A stretch of 64,000 nt of DNA from Paraspadella gotoi (lineage: Eukaryota; Animalia; Chaetognatha), in contig CM119266.1 of the NCBI GenBank assembly GCA_051294375.1, positions 12,948,081 to 13,012,080 of the forward strand, in the 5' to 3' direction. This document shows, one piece after another, positions 51,892 through 64,000 of the stretch (position 1 is its first letter; every line of letters starts with the position of its first letter). Under the pieces are notes generated by a model. The model was given only the letters and a program-made list of their open reading frames with translations, searched no databases and was not told the DNA's origin. The position numbers and the translations under genes are program-made.

Positions 51892-54729
51892 CGAGGCATT
51901 AGTTCGTTGGTCGCAAAGAGATTAGAGATTCCTTTGCGAGAGAAAGAAAAAAACTGGGGATATTGCGTTTTTCTTTCTTTTTTTTTCTTTCTCTTCTTCT
52001 CGAAGGAGAATCGATGACGAGATGGTAATATCGATTTCACGAGAGAGAAAAAGGAGGGAGTGGATGGTGAGGGAGAGGGGGTAAGTCATCGCGGAATCCG
52101 AAATTAGCGTGAGGAAAAAAAAAAGAAATTGAGCCGAGACAGAATCCATTGGAACAATAATGAGGAAAAAGAAGAATAGTTATATGGAGTTTGACTTAAG
52201 GTCCGAATCGATGAAGGGAAGAGGGTCGACGAAAAAAGAAGAAAAAAGGGGGTCGACTCAATATTAACAACACTGGATGACATAGAAACCAGTGAATATC
52301 GATAAATTATGGGGTATGAGGGGCGTGGGGGGGTGTGAGNNNNNNNNNNNNNNNNNNNNNNNNNAGAGAGATCTTTCTTTTTTCACGACCGTGATCACTG
52401 TTTTCCTTGGAGGCGCGTGAACCGTCGACGGCTTCCGCGGGGATTCTTGACCGGGGAAGACCGCTGAATCAACGCCTTATACGACCACATTTGTCACTGG
52501 GCTCAGAGAAAGGGGGGGATCTCGTGGGGGGGATGAGGCGGGAGCGGGTACAGGGATGAGGGAAGAGGGGGGACTGAGGGTGAGGTTTATGGCGAGACTT
52601 CTTGGGGCGGAGAGGGTAAGGTCATCTTGGATGGACGAGTCTGGTGAGGCTGGCTGAGGAATAATTGAGGCGAAGATGAAGTGTTGGTCGTGGTATATTT
52701 GGGGTCTTTTAAAAGTAAGCTTACGCAAAGTTACTTATTACTTATAATGGAAATTTGATTAAAGGTCGTGCCTTATTGCCGAGATTGATTCATTTGTTAC
52801 TTCCAAAAGAAAAATCCATTAAATAATTAAAAGGCATAAAAAATAATTTTTGCTATTTACATTTGAAAATATTTCTCAAATCGACGCAAGCTTGTCTGTC
52901 TTTTTAAATGTCGAGAAAATGCAGAAACAAATTAGGTTAAATATGTGGCGAGATTGCCTTTCATTGTTTAAAACAATGTCCCGTAAACAGTGGTTTTTCT
53001 CCTTTAAGCCGGGAGCGGCGGAAGGCTTTAAGCGTTTCGTGTTTTCAGATGGCAAATTCCGAGGGATCATGGGGCGAATGGGACGAGCGGTGAATAGGAA
53101 AAGTGTGTGGTGTCTTGCGAAAGTTGTGTGTGGAAAATATTGGGAGCTAAAATTCTTAAGCGAAGAAGATAAAAAGAGAAAAGCGAAGGAACGGAGCTCG
53201 TTTCGAAGGTGGGTCATGGGTCGAAAGAAAATGGGAGGGGCCGGAGTTATGGGAGGGAAGGGAGCCGAAAGACCGAGAGAGATCGTAAGTGCCCTTTGTT
53301 GAGTGCGCTGCGGGCGTCCGGCGGCGGCCACGGATGCGCAGCGAAAGCGGCAACCTACATACTTATGGCTGGGCGGCGTTGTTGTTGTCGTTGTTGTTGT
53401 TTTGGAAGGCGATGGCGTCAGCCGAAATGCTAAAGAAAATCCGCCTGAAGACAAAAGGAAACAAGAAAAGGTTGAGGAGGAGGAGGAGTTAGAAGAGGGA
53501 GGAGGAGGAGCAAGGAAGATGAAGTAAGGAGGAGGAGGACGGCATTAACGTTAAAGGAGAAAAAAGGAGAGAAAAAAAGAAAGAAAAAAAATTGGAAAAG
53601 ATAAAGGGAGAAAGAAAGCGGGAGAAAACCCGAATCTCTTGGGCGAAACAAGGAGGAGAGCGCTCCAATATCCTCTCTCTCTCTCCTCTCTCTCCTCTCT
53701 CTTCTCATCTCTCTCTCTCTCTCTCTCTCTTCTCTCGTCTTATAGGTTCCCCGCCTCCATCCGCAGGTTCTTATGAACGCCCCTCCTTTATATTTTACAC
53801 TTTTTCCTTTTTCTTTTTTCATAGATCCTTTCATGGTTTTCCGTCTTTTCTTTTACCTTTTACTCTTTTTTATATCTTTTTTAATTCTCTCCTTCCCAGC
53901 AAAGACTCGGCCCTATGTAAGTTACAATTTACATTTTATAACACTTTACGCTTTCCCTGCCGTTTATATATTACGCAACTCTTGGATAGCAACAATCTGT
54001 TTGCTTTCTGTTTTTGTTTTTTTTTTGTTTTTTTGTTTTTTTGTTTAGCGCAAAAACCTTTCTTTTGAATTTGTACGGCATGTCGTAATTTTCGAACAAG
54101 CTTGCAGTGAGAACCGATTCTGCTTGTCAACTGCGAATCGCCACAATTGCAAAAAGAGTAAACTGAACTCTAGGACTGAACGCGAAAGTCAAAGACAATT
54201 TCTCAACTAACGATTACAGTAATAGTAGAAACAACACCACCACAACAACAACCAGGATCCTCGTTCAAACTCGTGGGAATTCGCTAATGCTTAAATGTCG
54301 CTCTCTACCCGCTACCGAATGAAATTGGAAAAGAGAGAGCAGGAGAGAAAGAAGAGAGAGAGACGAGAGAGAGAGAGAGAGAGCAGAGAGGAAGAGAGAG
54401 AGAGAGAGAGAGAGAGGAGGAGAGAGAGAGAGACAGAGATGAGAGAAATATAACGAGAAAAAGGTCGTAGTCAGGATTATGGCAATGATGTTTGATTAAG
54501 GAAACGAGACCAGAATGGAGATATTCATATCGTTCTCTCTTTTTTTTTGTAGTTGCAGTTAAGAACCCAGGGAAAAATTATTGGAAAGTTTCTTCGTTAA
54601 AAGTTTTTAATCAAATATGGATTTTTAAAAAAGGAAGGCTGCGAAAGGAGCTGGCGGCAGAGATGGAGAAAAGAACGAATCATAAAACTGAGAAAGAAGA
54701 AAGAAAAAGAGATGAGAGAGAGAGAGAGA

Positions 54730-54764
<35 letters not shown>

Positions 54765-54893
54765 GAATAGAAGAGAGGAGTGTGTACGTATAAAAACTCC
54801 TAGTACTGAAAAATGGAGAGAGAAAAAAATAAAGTTACTAGTAGGAGGACGCAGGAGAGAGAGAAGGAGAGAGAGAGGAGAGAGAGCAGAGAG

Positions 54894-54925
<32 letters not shown>

Positions 54926-55009
54926 CGATTTGCGCGACAAATTAAAGGAAGGAATAATTCCGAAAAGAAAAGAGACAGGAAGGGCGACTGCCTATCGCTG
55001 AAAAAGAGA

Positions 55010-55127
55010 TGATGATTGATGATGATGTGATGATGCATGATGATTATGATGAATGATTGAAATGATGGAATGAGTTGATAGATGATGATGATGATGATGA
55101 TGATTGATGATGATGATTGATGATGAA
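55010..55127. repeat. (GAT)n microsatellite, imperfect
   Basis: Visible run. Confidence 0.9.
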
Positions 55128-57303
55128 TTATATTGGAAAATTATGACGGAAGTAAATATAAGAATAAAGTCGTATCGACGATTCGGGAAAAAAATTATGT
55201 CAAAAGATGTTGAAATAAACAATCGATTAGTGTAATGACGAAATTTATACTTTGAAAAATCGTAAGACTATTTGCAAAAAAAAAAAAATAATAAAGAAGC
55301 ATTTGAACAAACATTGCTATAAAAAAATGTTTGCGTGAAAAAAAATCGGCACAAACGTAACGACGACATTTTATAAACAATAAAACACTAAGAACGAGAA
55401 TAAAAAAAGCTCTTCGCTTGTCTTAATTTTGGCAAAAATGTTCAACTTTTCCACCAATAAAGAAGGAGAGAAGAATAATAAGAGTGGTGGAGGAAGAAGA
55501 AGAAAGAAGAAGAAGAGAAGAAGAGAAGAAGAAGAGAAGAAGAGGAGGAGGAAGAGGAAGAGGGAAAAAAGGAAAGAAAGAAAAAAGAGAAGAAATTGGA
55601 GACGAAAGTTGGAACGTGACTTTGCAGTCTTTCGTGCGAAACGATCCTTTCGACTCGCAAGATGGCGTCTCTCTAATTTTCCTCACTCTTTTTCCTCATT
55701 TCTTTTTTTTTTTCCCCTTTTTTTCTATCTCTCATCTATTTTTTTTTAATATTTTTCCTTCCTTTATTTCTCTTTTCTATCAGATTTCTAATGATCCCTT
55801 TCTCTATTTCTTCTTTCCTTTTATTCTATAAAGGTCTCGTTAATCTTCTTTTTTTTCTCTCTTTCCTCCATCATTCTATTCACTCATTTCATGCGTAATC
55901 TTCTACGTGTTAATTCCCTCCTCTCCCTTTCCTGGCTCTCTCTCTCTCTCTCATCGTCTCTCTCTTCTCCTCTCTCTTCTGCTCTCTCTAATCTCTCTCT
56001 CTCATCAGTCTCTCATCTCTCTCTCTCTCTCTCTTCTCCTTTCTTCTTTCTCTATCTCTCTCTCTTCTGATTTGATTTCTTTTCACAGTTCCCTTACGTT
56101 CTCATGCATCCATTCCTCCTATTTTTTTTTTAACCTTATTAACATTTTTCCCCGATTTTTTTAGGCGGAACAAAATATCAACTCTCCTGATTTTCTCTTC
56201 TCTCCCCTATCTCTCTTTCCATTTTCCATTCGGGAGGGTAGAGAGCGACATTAAAGCATTAGCGAATTCCCACGAGTTTGAACGAGGATCCTGGTTGTTG
56301 TTGTTGTTGTTGTTGTTCCTACTATTACTGTAATCGTTATTGAGAAATTCTCTTTGACTTCGGTTCAGTCCAGAGTTCAGTTACTCTTTTTGCAATTGTG
56401 CGATCGCAGTTGACGAAGAGAATCGTTTCTCATTGCAACTTGTCGAAATTACGACATGCCGTACAAATTCAAAAAGAAAGGTTTCGGCTAAACAAACAAA
56501 CAAAAAAACAAAAACAGAAAGCAAACAGTATTGTTGCTTTCCAAGCCAGTTGCCCGTAAATTATAAACGGAGTGAAAAGCGTAAGTTGTTATAAAATGTA
56601 CAATATGATAACTTCAATTAGGGGCCCGCAGGTCTTTGCGGGGAAGGAGAAGAATTACAAAAAGATATAAAAAAAGAAGTAAAAGCGTCAAAGAAAAGAC
56701 GAAAACCGAGAATGAAAGGAATCTATTTGAAAAAGAAAAAGGAAAAGTGGCTAAAAATAAAGGGAGGGGCGTTCATAAGAACCTGCGGATGGAGGCGGGG
56801 ACATCCGAGAGACATAGAGAGAGTAAGAGGAGCAGCAGAGAGCACGAGAGAGATGGAGAGAGAGGAGCAGAGGAGAGCAGAGAGTAGGACGAGGCAGTTT
56901 GAGGAGAGAGAGATGAGGAGCCTGAGAGAGACCAGAGGATATGAGCTCCATCCCTTGGCTTTCCGCCCAGAGATTCCGGGTTTCTCCCGCTTCTTTCTCC
57001 CTTTTCTTTCCAATTTTTTTTCTTTTCTTTTTTCTCTCCTTTTTTCTCCCTTTAACGTTAATGCCGTCCTCCTCCTCCTCTTCCATCTCCTGCTCCTCCT
57101 CCTCCTCTTCTAACTCCTCCTCCTCCTCAACCTTTTCTTGTTCCTTTTGTCTTCAGGGATTTTCTTTAGCATTTCGCTGACGCCATCGCTTCAAAACAAC
57201 AACAACGACAACAACAACGCCGCCGCAGCCATAGTAGTAGTGCCGCTTTCGCTGGCATCCGTGGCCGCCGCCGACGCCGCAGCGACGCAACAAAGGCACT
57301 TAC

Positions 57304-57518
57304 GATCTCTCCGGTCTTTCGGCTCCCTCCCTCCCATACTCCGGCCCCTCCCATTTCTTTCGACCCATGACCCACCTTCGAACGAGGTTCCTCGCTTTTC
57401 TCTTTTATCTTCTTCGCTTAAGATTTTAGCCCCAATATTTCCACACACAACTTCGCAAGACCCACACACTTTTCCATTCACGCCGTCCCATCGCCCCATG
57501 ATCCCTCGAATTTGCCAT
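57304..57518 (-). CDS. candidate exon, assignment unclear
   Basis: gtgttttcag| acceptor and |gtaagt donor; open as WQIRGIMGRWDGVNGKVCGSCE...; phase 0 gives MANSRDHGAMGRREWKSVWV...*. Confidence 0.35.
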
Positions 57519-58991
57519 CTGAAAACACGAAACGCTTAAGCCTTCCGCGCTCCCGGCTTAAAGGAGAAAACACTGTTTACGGGATAAACAATGAAGCAAC
57601 TCGCACATTTACCTAATTGTTTTCTGGATTTTCTTCGACATAAAAAGACGACAAGCTGCGTCGATTTGAGAAATATTTTCAAATGTAAATTATAAATTAT
57701 TTTTTATGCCTTTTATTATAATAAAATGTTCTTTTGGGAAGTAACAAATGAATCGAATCTCGGCAATAATGACGACTTAGTCAAATTCCATTATAAGTAA
57801 TAAGTAACTTGGTAAGTTACTTAAAAGACCAAATTACCACGACCANNNNNNNNNNNNNNNNNNNNNNNNNNNNNNNNNNNNNNNNNNNNNNNNNNNNNNN
57901 NNNNNNNNNNNNNNNNNNNNNNNNNNNNNNNNNNNNNNNNNNNNNNNNNNNNNNNNNNNNNNNNNNNNNNNNNNNNNNNNNNNNNNNNNNNNNNNNNNNN
58001 NNNNNNNNNNNNNNNNNNNNNNNNNNNNNNCCCCCCCATTTCTCTCCAGCCCGGTACAAATCGTGGTCGTGAAGGCGTGATTCAGGGTCTTCCCCGTCAA
58101 GAATCCCCGCGGAGCGTCGACGTTCACGCCTCCAAGGAAACAGTGAACGGGTGAAAAAAGGAAAGATTCGTGCGAAGGGGGAAATGGGGGAAGGAGGAGG
58201 AGGAGGAGGAGGAGGAGGGGGGTGGGGGCAGAATGGGGGGGAGAGAGGGTGAGTAAGGTTAACTAAAGGAGAGTGAGGTAAATCGGTGAAAGGGGACCAC
58301 TTTGGTGAAAATAATAGGGGCTTTGTTGTAATCTACGCGAGAAAAAAATGTATCCATAGAAAATTGTTTTTAAAATTAGGTTTCCTTCCTTGGAAGCGTC
58401 AAAAATTTAAAGTTATGCAAAAAAAAAAAGTGCCTAAAATTTTAAGTAGCGATGGCGTGGAAAAATTTATGTTATGGGACTAAAAGTTAATTTTTTCCTC
58501 AAAACTTAAAAAAAAATCATAAAATTTAGGCAATAATACGCAGAATGATATTTTTTTTACACGCAGTTTTAAAATAAAGATAACTAATCCACAGTCCCTT
58601 TTTGTTTTTCTCCCTATCAATTCGCTCCAAATTTTGTGTGGGCGATCACAGAGGGCGAGGTGGGCGAAGCTCGACCCGAAATGCGTTAGAATACGAATCG
58701 TCGGGCGAGACTCGAGACGTTAAGAGGAAAAAGGAAATTCTTTCCTTTTTTTTTCTTTTTTTCAGTTTCTCGTTTCTCTGGAATTTCTCTCTGGTCGGAG
58801 GAAGAGAAGAGAAGACCGGAAGAAGAATAGACGGAGAAAGAAAGAGAGGTAAAGATCCTGGGGGAGAAGAAACGAAAGGAACGAGGGAAGATAAAAGTGA
58901 GGGAAAGGAGGAATGAAGAATGCGAGGCATGAGAAGGAGAACTTGGGAGGAAGTTACGAAGAAAAAGGAAACAGAGATAGAAAAGGAGTGG

Positions 58992-59048
58992 AAAGAAAGA
59001 AAGAAATGAAGAAAGAAAGAAAGAAAAAAAGAAAGAAAGAAAGAATGA

Positions 59049-59116
<68 letters not shown>

Positions 59117-59125
59117 AAAAAAAGA
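58992..59125. repeat. (GAAA)n microsatellite
   Basis: Visible run. Confidence 0.95.
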
Positions 59126-59418
59126 AATGAAATAAAGTCTTTTTTTTTTTGAAAATGAGGACATAATCGTCATCGACGACAGGAACAACAAACGTCTTCT
59201 CTTTCAACGACGTCGTTTCCTTCACGCGCGATAAAAAACGACGGGAATTCCCTGACCTCCTTTTCCTTTCCCACCTTCGTAGAGAACTTACCCCGTCCCT
59301 TTTCAGAACTTATCTTTTTTCCCTTTCTCGAATAGAACTCGCTCGTCAATTAGCCTACTTTTCCGTCGCCCAAAAAAGGTGACAAAAGCCCATTTTTCGC
59401 TACTTGCTAAAAATTTAC

Positions 59419-59496
59419 CTGGTTAGCCTCGGCCCTTTCGCGCTTATTCAACCCGCTAGACAGCCCATTTTTTTCTGCCAAAGAACTGACTTTACC
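59419..59496 (-). CDS. Syn1: probable syntrophin exon encoding a PH2 loop insert (GKVSSLAEKNGLSSGLNKRERAEANQ)
   Basis: 78 nt, phase 0-0, donor CAG|GTAAAT; directly follows the exon ending GWLAEQ; the acceptor lies at the gap edge. Confidence 0.55.
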
Positions 59497-59618
59497 CNNN
59501 NNNNNNNNNNNNNNNNNNNNNNNNNNNNNNNNNNNNNNNNNNNNNNNNNNNNNNNNNNNNNNNNNNNNNNNNNNNNNNNNNNNNNNNNNNNNNNNNNNNN
59601 NNNNNNNNNNNNNNNNNN

Positions 59619-59794
59619 CTGCTCGGCCAGCCAGCCCATGTGCTTGATCTCCCGACTTCCCGGCGTCGCGCTCAACATCGCGTTCGCCTCCGACATCGAC
59701 GACGTCGTCAACTCGGTAGTCAGCGCGTGCAGCGCCGAGAACCACGCGATCGCCGCCGTCTCGTCGGAGCAGCGCAGGATGCAGGAGGATCGGC
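59619..59794 (-). CDS. Syn1: syntrophin (alpha/beta type) exon: end of split PH1 and start of PH2
   Basis: (G)RSSCILRCSDETAAIAWFSALHALTTELTTSSMSEANAMLSATPGSREIKHMGWLAEQ matches the syntrophin pattern ILR...AWF.A.H...EIKH.GWLAE. Confidence 0.88.
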
Positions 59795-61973
59795 CTTTTT
59801 GTTTTGTTTTTATTTTATTTTCGTGAGGCGCGAAGATATGGAGGTGTTGTTANNNNNNNNNNNNNNNNNNNNNNNNNNNNNNNNNNNNNNNNNNNNNNNN
59901 NNNNNNNNNNNNNNNNNNNNNNNNNNNNNNNNNNNNNNNNNNNNNNNNNNNNNNNNNNNNNNNNNNNNNNNNNNNNNNNNNNNNNNNNNNNNNNNNNNNN
60001 NNNNNNNNNNNNNNNNNNNNNNNNNNNNNNNNNNNNNNNNNNTTTTCATTTTTTTCCCCCTGCGATAACTTTTTTTTTCTTGGAACTGAAACCCTCTGCA
60101 ACTTTTTCGTTGTTCGAACTCTGAGGTTTTTCTATTAGTTTGAGTTATTAAATGCACCGAAAAATAATAGATGTCAGAGGGTAATGAAGACAAAGAAATG
60201 TGGATAAGAATGGGAGGAAGAAAAACTAAAATTGTTTGGTACTACAAAATCTCTGTTAGGGCGAAAGAGAGAGAAAGAAATAAGAGAGAAAAATAGGGGG
60301 AGAGAGAGAGAGAGAGACAGAGAGTGAGGGCGCCCGGCTGTGAAGGTTATCGCGTAATGACGTCATTTCCTAGCGCTAAAATCGGTTGTAAGTAATATGA
60401 TCCGNNNNNNNNNNNNNNNNNNNNNNNNNNNNNNNNNNNNNNNNNNNNNNNNNNNNNNNNNNNNNNNNNNNNNNNNNNNNNNNNNNNNNNNNNNNNNNNN
60501 NNNNNNNNNNNNNNNNNNNNNNNNNNNNNNNNNNNNNNNNNNNNNNNNNNNNNNNNNNNNNNNNNNNNNNNNNNNNNNNNNNNNNNNNNNNNNNNNNNNN
60601 NNNNNNNNNNNNNNNNNNNAAAAAAAAAAATCTCCCGAAATTATGATTTATCGTCTTTTGGTTTCCGGGTTCCAGACTTTTTAAGGGGGGAATAAAGCTG
60701 TAAAAAAGGGAAGGATGATGGACCACGTAGCAAAGGAGGGAAGGTTATGGGAAATCTGGCAATTTAGAGTGAGTTATAACTTATAAGGCCTNNNNNNNNN
60801 NNNNNNNNNNNNNNNNNNNNNNNNNNNNNNNNNNNNNNNNNNNNNNNNNNNNNNNNNNNNNNNNNNNNNNNNNNNNNNNNNNNNNNNNNNNNNNNNNNNN
60901 NNNNNNNNNNNNNNNNNNNNNNNNNNNNNNNNNNNNNNNNNNNNNNNNNNNNNNNNNNNNNNNNNNNNNNNNNNNNNNNNNNNNNNNNNNNNNNNNNNNN
61001 NNNNNNNNNNNNNNNNNNNNNNNNNNNNNNNNNNNNNNNNNNNNNNNNNNNNNNNNNNNNNNNNNNNNNNNNNNNNNNNNNNNNNNNNNNNNNNNNNNNN
61101 NNNNNNNNNNNNNNNNNNNNNNNNNNNNNNNNNNNNNNNNNNNNNNNNNNNNNNNNNNNNNNNNNNNNNNNNNNNNNNNNNNNNNNNNNNNNNNNNNNNN
61201 NNNNNNNNNNNNNNNNNNNNNNNNNNNNNNNNNNNNNNNNNNNNNNNNNNNNNNNNNNNNNNNNNNNNNNNNNNNNNNNNNNNNNNNNNNNNNNNNNNNN
61301 NNNNNNNNNNNNNNNNNNNNNNNNNNNNNNNNNNNNNNNNNNNNNNNNNNNNNNNNNNNNNNNNNNNNNNNNNNNNNNNNNNNNNNNNNNNNNNNNNNNN
61401 NNNNNNNNNNNNNNNNNNNNNNNNNNNNNNNNNNNNNNNNNNNNNNNNNNNNNNNNNNNNNNNNNNNNNNNNNNNNNNNNNNNNNNNNNNNNNNNNNNNN
61501 NNNNNNNNNNNNNNNNNNNNNNNNNNNNNNNNNNNNNNNNNNNNNNNNNNNNNNNNNNNNNNNNNNNNNNNNNNNNNNNNNNNNNNNNNNNNNNNNNNAA
61601 AAAGGAAATGAAAGGAAAGAAGCGACTTAATGACGATCCTCAAACAAGAGACACCCATTGCGGTTGGCGTGCGGCGGAGGAATGGCCCACCGGTAATGAG
61701 GGAATCCATTTTCTGGCCAGCAATTGACTTCCACTCGGAAGAGGGTAGGGGTGGGAGGGAAAGGAGAGAGGTGGGTGGGAAGGGAAAGGAGAAGAGAAGA
61801 AGAAATGGTCGAGACAATAAATATCAGATAATAAATATCGAGGATCAAAGTTGAAAAGGAAGGAAGATGGGAATATATAACTTGAAGGTTTATAATATTC
61901 TTTAATCTTTATAAATGACGTTGATTGAAAATAAATGGAAAAAGAAAGTCAGTTGCTTAGAAGAAAGTGAACT

Positions 61974-62031
61974 GGGAGAACTGGAGTCCCTCGACTGTGG
62001 GAGAACGGGAGTCCCTCGACTGTGGGAGAAC
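61974..62031. repeat. 25 bp direct repeat x2.3
   Basis: ggagtccctcgactgtgggagaac occurs twice in tandem. Confidence 0.8.
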
Positions 62032-62343
62032 GTCTTAAGCCCTTCTCGTTATGAATGACCAAAAATAGAATCAAATGTCATCAATTTTGTCCTTTAACGA
62101 CGCCGCTTTCANNNNNNNNNNNNNNNNNNNNNNNNNNNNNNNNNNNNNNNNNNNNNNNNNNNNNNNNNNNNNNNNNNNNNNNNNNNNNNNNNNNNNNNNN
62201 NNNNNNNNNNNNNNNNNNNNNNNNNNNNNNNNNNNNNNNNNNNNNNNNNNNNNNNNNNNNNNNNNNNNNNNNNNNNNNNNNNNNNNNNNNNNNNNNNNNN
62301 NNNNNNNNNNNNNNNNNNNNNNNNNNNNNNNNNNNNNNNNNNN

Positions 62344-62597
62344 AAGTTCGATTGTTCTTCTGTCATTTTCCGAGGGAAACGTGAAATTTCGGGTGAGGTA
62401 ACACAGGCGAAGAGGGATGTTTTTAACGTCCGCGCTAGAAGCAGAGTTGTTGTTGTTGTTGTTCCGACCGTTGAGCGTGCCGTTTCGGCCGAGCGTGCCG
62501 GAAGCGACGTCGCCGGAACCCCAGGAGCCGAAGTCGGCGCCGACGCCCGAGGCGGAGCCTTTTTTGAAGTAGGGCGTCACCTCGCGGAGGTATTTCA
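62344..62597 (-). CDS. Syn1: syntrophin exon: PDZ C-terminus into C-terminal half of split PH1
   Basis: (V)KYLREVTPYFKK...KNIPLRLCYLTRN...RTIEL are hallmark syntrophin motifs; canonical pyrimidine tract and cag acceptor, phase 1. Confidence 0.92.
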
Positions 62598-62902
62598 CTG
62601 AGGAGGGAGGAAGAGGAGGAAGAGGAGGAGAAGGGGAAGAGGAGAGAGGAGGAAGGAGGTGGAGAGAAAGTGGGGGGGGAAGACGTGGAAGAGGGAAAGG
62701 AAAATAGAAAATTAATTTTGGAGCAACGTTTTTAAACTCTTAAAAATAAATTAAACACTTAAAAAAAAATTGAATGACTGCCCCACAGTTTTAATATCAA
62801 TCATCATCATTTAATTTTATTTTAAATATAAATTAATTTCACACCATTAGTTCTTCCTTTTATATTTGTTTCTCTCTCAGCCGCAATCGGCTTTCTCTTT
62901 AC

Positions 62903-62932
62903 TCTCTAAAGATATCGTGTTGTAACGTCTGG
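62903..62932 (-). CDS. candidate 30 nt syntrophin microexon (ARRYNTISLE)
   Basis: ttctccttttccgttctcgaacag|CCAGA...TAGAGA|gtaaag; phase 1-1, compatible with the next exon. Confidence 0.35.
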
Positions 62933-64000
62933 CTGTTCGAGAACGGAAAAGGAGAAACACCATTTATCAACCGCTCTCNNNNNNNNNNNNNNNNNNNNNN
63001 NNNNNNNNNNNNNNNNNNNNNNNNNNNNNNNNNNNNNNNNNNNNNNNNNNNNNNNNNNNNNNNNNNNNNNNNNNNNNNNNNNNNNNNNNNNNNNNNNNNN
63101 NNNNNNNNNNNNNNNNNNNNNNNNNNNNNNNNATTCCCTCTCTTTTTCTTTTTCTCACCACCTCTCCGTTTAAAAGCTGCAGACAAAGAACAAAAAAACA
63201 GAGAAAAAGAAAGAAGAAAAAAACTTCAACTTCCAACTCAGGAATGAAGCAATTAATTATGAGAAAAGCAAACGCAAAAACCAAATTGCAGGAAAGGTAA
63301 ACCTTTGATTCCGACTCGTTTACTTTTTCTCTGCAACTCGGCGGCAGAAAGCGTCACAAATAGAAACGTCGAGCCGGCATTTCTCCCACGCCGCAGTCAC
63401 TGCAGCCGCAGCAGCCCCGGCCTCCGCCCCCTGCCTCCCCCTCCCGCCACCTTCCTGCCGCTGCCTCATCGAATACCAATAAATAAAGGAATCGAAACCT
63501 TTTCTTCGCTTTTCTATTGATTTTTTTTCCCCCCACATTTTATTTCTCGAGAAAAATTCTTTCTGTTTTTTTTTCTTTAAAAACATATTTTTGGTTTCTT
63601 CTTAACTTTTTTTTTATAAATGTATCGAATTTTCTCCGGTTTCATCAGGCCGTGACTTTTATAATGATACTTTTACTCGATCCTTGCGTCGACGACGACG
63701 ACGACGACGACGAAGAGGATTAAAATCAAAACTAAAATCGTCTGGCAACCCATCACTCTTCGCTCACAACGACCCTTCCCGCTCTCACAGGATCACGCCC
63801 ACTTCAAGGTCGTCAACTGACTTCACTCTGCGATTCACCTACAAGAAGAAAAATATCCTATTACTATATTTTTGTTTAAAAATTTGTTTTAATAACAATA
63901 TCAAATGGACTTTGTTTTCATTAAATAATTCTTGCAAAAAATTTCAGAGTAAAATGGTTTACAATTTCAGAAGTTATTAATCAATTTGATTATTAATTGA

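Larger units (their letters stand above)
52365..58167. repeat. ~2 kb-arm inverted duplication (52365-~54340 vs ~56200-58167)
   Basis: For example ccaggatcctcgttcaaactcgtgggaattcgctaatgc (54252) is mirrored at 56256-56294. The left arm is indel-rich and starts at a 25-N gap. Confidence 0.93.

Noticed and set aside
52365-58167. Large TIR transposon or biological palindrome
   Set aside because: No transposase or TSD; the left arm begins at a 25-N gap and is a noisy mirror of the right arm.
63320-63838. Extra syntrophin exons (MRQRQEGGG... and acceptor ttgtag|GTGAATC at 63838)
   Set aside because: No syntrophin motifs, and phase mismatch or an early stop; left unassigned.

Overview
Animal (probably arthropod) nuclear DNA from a draft scaffold, rich in (GA)n/(CT)n microsatellites, with no prokaryotic, CRISPR, rRNA or tRNA signal. 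Much of the large-scale structure looks like long-read gap-filling artefact: four gaps of exactly 25 N (16141, 25124, 39432, 52340), an ~8 kb direct duplication (5323-13348 / 13349-21320), an apparently base-identical 7638 bp duplication (25149-32786 / 39457-47094), and two multi-kb foldbacks (32787-39431 and 52365-58167) whose arms differ mainly by small indels. The only gene I can name is a minus-strand syntrophin (Syn1/beta-syntrophin-like; exons at 62344-62597, 59619-59794 and probably 59419-59496). Also present are a minus-strand gene with a giant Ser/Thr/Pro-rich exon (~970 open codons, with a heptad Ser-acidic repeat) lying downstream of a candidate double RFX X-box promoter, a noisy class A GPCR TM3 signature near 4.1 kb, several unidentified exons, an ~500 bp satellite, minisatellites and a 625 bp foldback element. 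The most unusual biological signal is a set of 3' splice sites with an A-rich tract where the polypyrimidine tract should be; one of them is pinned by syntrophin homology. No complete novel multi-gene system can be demonstrated from this window alone.
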